Below are positions 60,022 through 64,000 of a stretch of DNA of 64,000 nt, in pieces. The stretch covers positions 3,353,715 through 3,417,714 of the forward strand of contig CP154954.1 in assembly GCA_039621445.1 (NCBI GenBank), in the 5' to 3' direction. Numbering within the stretch: the first letter of the stretch is position 1; each line of letters opens with the position of its first letter. Source of the DNA: Euglena gracilis (taxonomy: Eukaryota). A model generated the notes under the pieces. It was not told the DNA's origin and did not search any database. It was given only the letters and a program-made list of their open reading frames with translations. A program made the position numbers and the translations under genes.

Positions 60022-63000
60022 TGTACTGTACATAGTATAGTTATAGTATAGCATAGCATAGCATAGTATAGTATAGTATAGTATAGTGTGGTATAGTATA
60101 GTATAGTATAGTATAGTATAGTATAGTGTAGTATAGTATTGTATAGTATAGTTTTGTATAGTATAGTATAGTATAGTATAGTATAGTATACTATAGTATA
60201 GTATAGTATAGTATAGTATAGTATAGTATAGTATGGTATGGTATAGTATAGTGTAGAAAAGCATGTAGTATAGTACATAGCTGGCACTTCGTTGAAAACG
60301 AAGTCAAAAAAAACACGTTTTTTTAAAAAAACACGTTTTTTTTTAAAAAAACATGTTTTTTTATAAAAAAAACACAAAAAAACGCCATTGAGGGTCCAGG
60401 GCAAAAAAAATGCCTTTAATTTTAGCTTTTTTTGCCCATCCTCCATCAGAGAAAGACCCCAAATTTGGGATGTTTCAAGTTAATTTGGAATGGTTTCCCT
60501 ATTTTGACCATTCTTGTTGAAGACAACCAAAAGTATTGGTTTTGAGGCTCAACCCACTGAAAAGACAAACTTTTATTGAAAAGACAGAGTGCCCCCAGAA
60601 AAAGTTTTTCAGAAAAAGTTTCATTTTGGGAAAAGAATCCATCCTGAGCTGAATAGAGATGTGCGAACTGTGTCAGATGTTGCACAAATGATGTCACAGA
60701 AATGTCCAGAAGAAAACATTCACAGGATTTGTTGGAATAGTGTCTTGAAATACTTGTGAACACATGCCACAGACAAATGAAACGATGCAAAATGAAGCCA
60801 CAGATGCATGGAGGCATGTCACATCAAGTGACCAAGTGGTCCCAAAACTAAGAAAAAAAGGTTGCCATTACATTGCAAAAAAATAGACAAACAAAAAACC
60901 ATCGAGTTTCTAGGCACAGCAACAGGAATCAGAAAACACACACAACAACAGCAACAACATGGAGCAGCTTTTTTTAGCAGGGACATGCTCAGGTCCTGAT
61001 TAGCATCTTCCAATAAAGTTCATCCCACCTCAAGCTAAGTCAGGTTGGGGAAATTCTCCACACCTGTAAAGATTCTTGAAACCGTGTTTGGGCCGATTTC
61101 GAGACTTTAAACGTCTTAAATCTTCGTCCAAAACACGGTTTCTATATCGAGAACTGTGTCCCAGACGCCGGTTCGGGCGGGAAACCTGCCGCCCTACCGC
61201 CCCTACCGCCCTACCGCCCTACCGCTAGGGGCGACCACGGCGCCTTCGGCGCCGCGGTCCCCGCCCCTGGGCTCCCCCTAACTCTTGGCCCAAACACAGT
61301 TCTTGACACAGAACACAGTCTGTTCCTCAGCTTGGCGTTGGTCTTGACTTGTAACTTGAATTTGAAACTTGATCTTGATAACATAAACTTCAGAAACACA
61401 TCCTTGTAACTTGAACCCCTCCGAGTTTCACTTCTCAGACATCTGCTGTGAAAAACGCTTCTTTACTAGGGCACGTTGCCTGCCTGCGGCAGTTGGAGCA
61501 TGCCTGGAGAAAAATAAGGAATGGGGATTGTTACCGCAATTTGGGTAACATCGCGGGGTTTATTAACGCGGGGTCTATTAACACGCTTCGGCCGTGGAGC
61601 GCGCGGTAATATAGCGCGCCTAAAATGGCCGCGTTTAAGCCCGAGCGGGAATTACCCACCCGCGGTAATTGTCGGTCCCTAGTGTATAGCATAGTGTATA
61701 GTTTAGTATATAGGGGGGTCGGCACACCCCTCCCCCCCCCCTCACCGACCCCCTCGCCACGCCATTTTACCCCCCTCCCCCCCCTTTTCAGACCCCCTCG
61801 CCACGCCATGTCAGCCTGGAAGGGAAATTCCGCCAGGGTGACCAATAGGGGGGGGGTGACTAACTCGGGGGGGGGAGCAATTTTTGCCCAAATTTTGCCC
61901 CCCACCCAAAGTCTTGGGGGTTTCAAGGTTGTTTTTGGGAATTCCAGGGCACTTTTCATGGATGCCAACAAGGCGTTTTTTTCACAGAAAAATATTTCCC
62001 TTCGGAATTTTTTTTTTGCCTTGGGCCCAAAGGTGACTAATAGGGGGGGTGACTAACTCGGGGGGGGGGGCATGGTATATACTATACTATATGCTATACT
62101 ATATACTATACTATATACTATATTATATACTATACTATGGAGCTGGGGTATCTGGATAGCCGCGGCTAGCCGCGGCTGGCTGGCTGGCAAAAAAAGGAGG
62201 AGGACTGGCCAGCCATGGCCAGCCACGGCTGGCTGGGTGGGTTCAGAGGAGGAGGAGGTCTGGCTGGCTTCAGTGTTGAGGATCTAAAAGAGGAGGAGGA
62301 GGTCTGGCTGGCCGCGATGGGAAATTTGCCGAAAAAAACCCGCGATCTGGGCAAGTCCGAATTCAAAGTGTTTTCTGCACAAAATGTCAGACCTGCAGTA
62401 CGGAGTCATTTGACCTGGGCAAAGTGGCAGCTTTGATTGATATGACGATATATTTGTGTTTGTTGTGGTCATAATGCTGCCTTACTGGTGGCTCCTGATC
62501 CACAACCAGCTGTGGTCCCCACTAGGTTGAACTATCAACATCCATCTGGCTCTGGCCTGGTGGCCCCCCCATGGCCCACGTGCAAGTTTAATTGTCACTA
62601 GCAGATTCAATTGCATGTTTTCTTCCCTGGTTCTGTGCTTTGCCATTTTATGGGAGAAGGGGGTCCAGGCAAGAGATCTCAGAAAACTCCCTACCTCATT
62701 TTCCCATGACCATGTTCCACCAGTCTGCAGGGTTCCCGTTTTTTTGTTTTAAAACAAAGCAAAAAAACTTTCATGAATAAAAAACGGTTTAAAAACGGTT
62801 TTTTGCTTTAAAAAGGGGTGTTATTTTTAAATAAAACACCACAAATAGGAAAAAAACCTGTTTTAAACAACGTGTTTAAAAACAGCCCGGGAACCCTGCC
62901 AGTCTGGGGGGGATGTGGTTTTGTGGTTTCCATCACGAGTTTTGGCGGGTTTTAATTTTCGGCTATGTTTTGCCTTGCCCTGGGAAAAGCTCCTTCAAAC

Positions 63001-64000
63001 AGTTTTTTTTTCAGCCCAGGCACAGCATTCACCTCCCTCCCCCAGTTTGGTGCCACATCTTGTCCACAGATTGGGGAAACATTTTGGTCCAGTTGATCGC
63101 CTCAATTTGCAGTTTGTTTCACAACTTTGGGCCACTTTGGTGCACGCACCTTTGGTGCCACAGGTGGGCAACCTTTTTCCACATCTTGGTCACATTTTGG
63201 CTCCATTTTCCTGGCACATCTTGTGCACAGGTGTGGACCACAACTCTTGGCCACAGATGGGGGAAACCTTTGACTTTTGTGTCTGCCTTGGGCACCCACT
63301 TGGGGCCAGTTTGGTTTGACCCTCGACGACGAAAAGGGAGGGAAACTGGGTTGGCGTTCCATACTGGACCAGAGTTCCCTTTCAGCGAAGCCGAAGACCA
63401 CCTGATTCTGAAGAACAAAAAAAACACAAAATCTTTTGGTCTCTAAAATTAAAAAAAAACGAGTTTTAAAAGACAAATGATGAAGATACCGGGCCCTGTG
63501 TGATGCGCGCTCAATTGGGATTAAGGGGAATAATTTGAAGAAAATTCCGAAAATTCAAGAAGACACCAGAAACACAAAGAGTTCAGAGAGTTGACGTATC
63601 ATGAAAAGATGCCAAGGACTGCAAGGTGGCCATGAGGCCAAAGTCAGGGAAGGCCGGAAGACTGTAGCACCCAGAAAAGGAGACATTTTGAATGGGCCAG
63701 ATTTGGCAATCTCAAAAGGTATTTCAATTGCGTCTTCAGTCAAAGAGTTCAGGTTTTTTGTCACCTGAAACAAAATGCACAGTTCTGGGGCTTTTGCCTG
63801 GGAAATTAGGAACAGAGAATCTTAATTTGTCTGGTTTCGTTTGCCAGCGCCCCCCGCCGCCAACGGGCACACACCAAGGATGCCCTATGGGCCCCATTTG
63901 TTTCTCACTCGTATTACAGGAAATTATGGAAAAAATACGAAACGACACAGGCCTGTTGGGAGTGCGTGGTATTTGAATGATGGGGAACTCATCGGTCAAC
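60022..64000 (+). repeat. Segmental duplication, copy 2 (runs off window)
   Basis: Near-identical to 43233-47206. Confidence 0.95.

Noticed and set aside
49059-60022. Single 11-kb element with 220-bp TIRs
   Set aside because: Better explained as two related elements in opposite orientation, each with both ends.

Overview
Eukaryotic, repeat-saturated DNA with euglenid hallmarks (inferred from intron structure, not from a database hit). Left part (1-28.6 kb): one minus-strand gene for a receptor-type class III adenylate cyclase (TM - extracellular domain - TM - HAMP - cyclase). I reconstructed it by hand from about 23 small exons (about 630 codons over 25.8 kb; the 3' end lies left of the window). 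Its introns are non-GT-AG, euglenid nonconventional type: mostly Y|R junctions, CAG at +4 pairing with CTG at -8, and base-paired ends. The introns are filled with MITEs, and the last one holds a pogo/Tigger-like DNA transposon whose transposase is itself split by such introns. Right part (28.7-64 kb): no host gene found. It is a nest of TA-targeting MITEs in (TATAC)n arrays, a second pogo-like element with GT-AG introns, hAT-type MITEs with 8-bp TSDs, a non-autonomous LTR element, a non-LTR RT relic inside a 4-kb duplication, and a tRNA-like SINE head. Main hypothesis: the nonconventional introns have the geometry of hAT-MITE insertions (CAG...CTG ends plus 3+5 = 8 nt of target duplication), and some intron ends resemble free MITE ends in this window.
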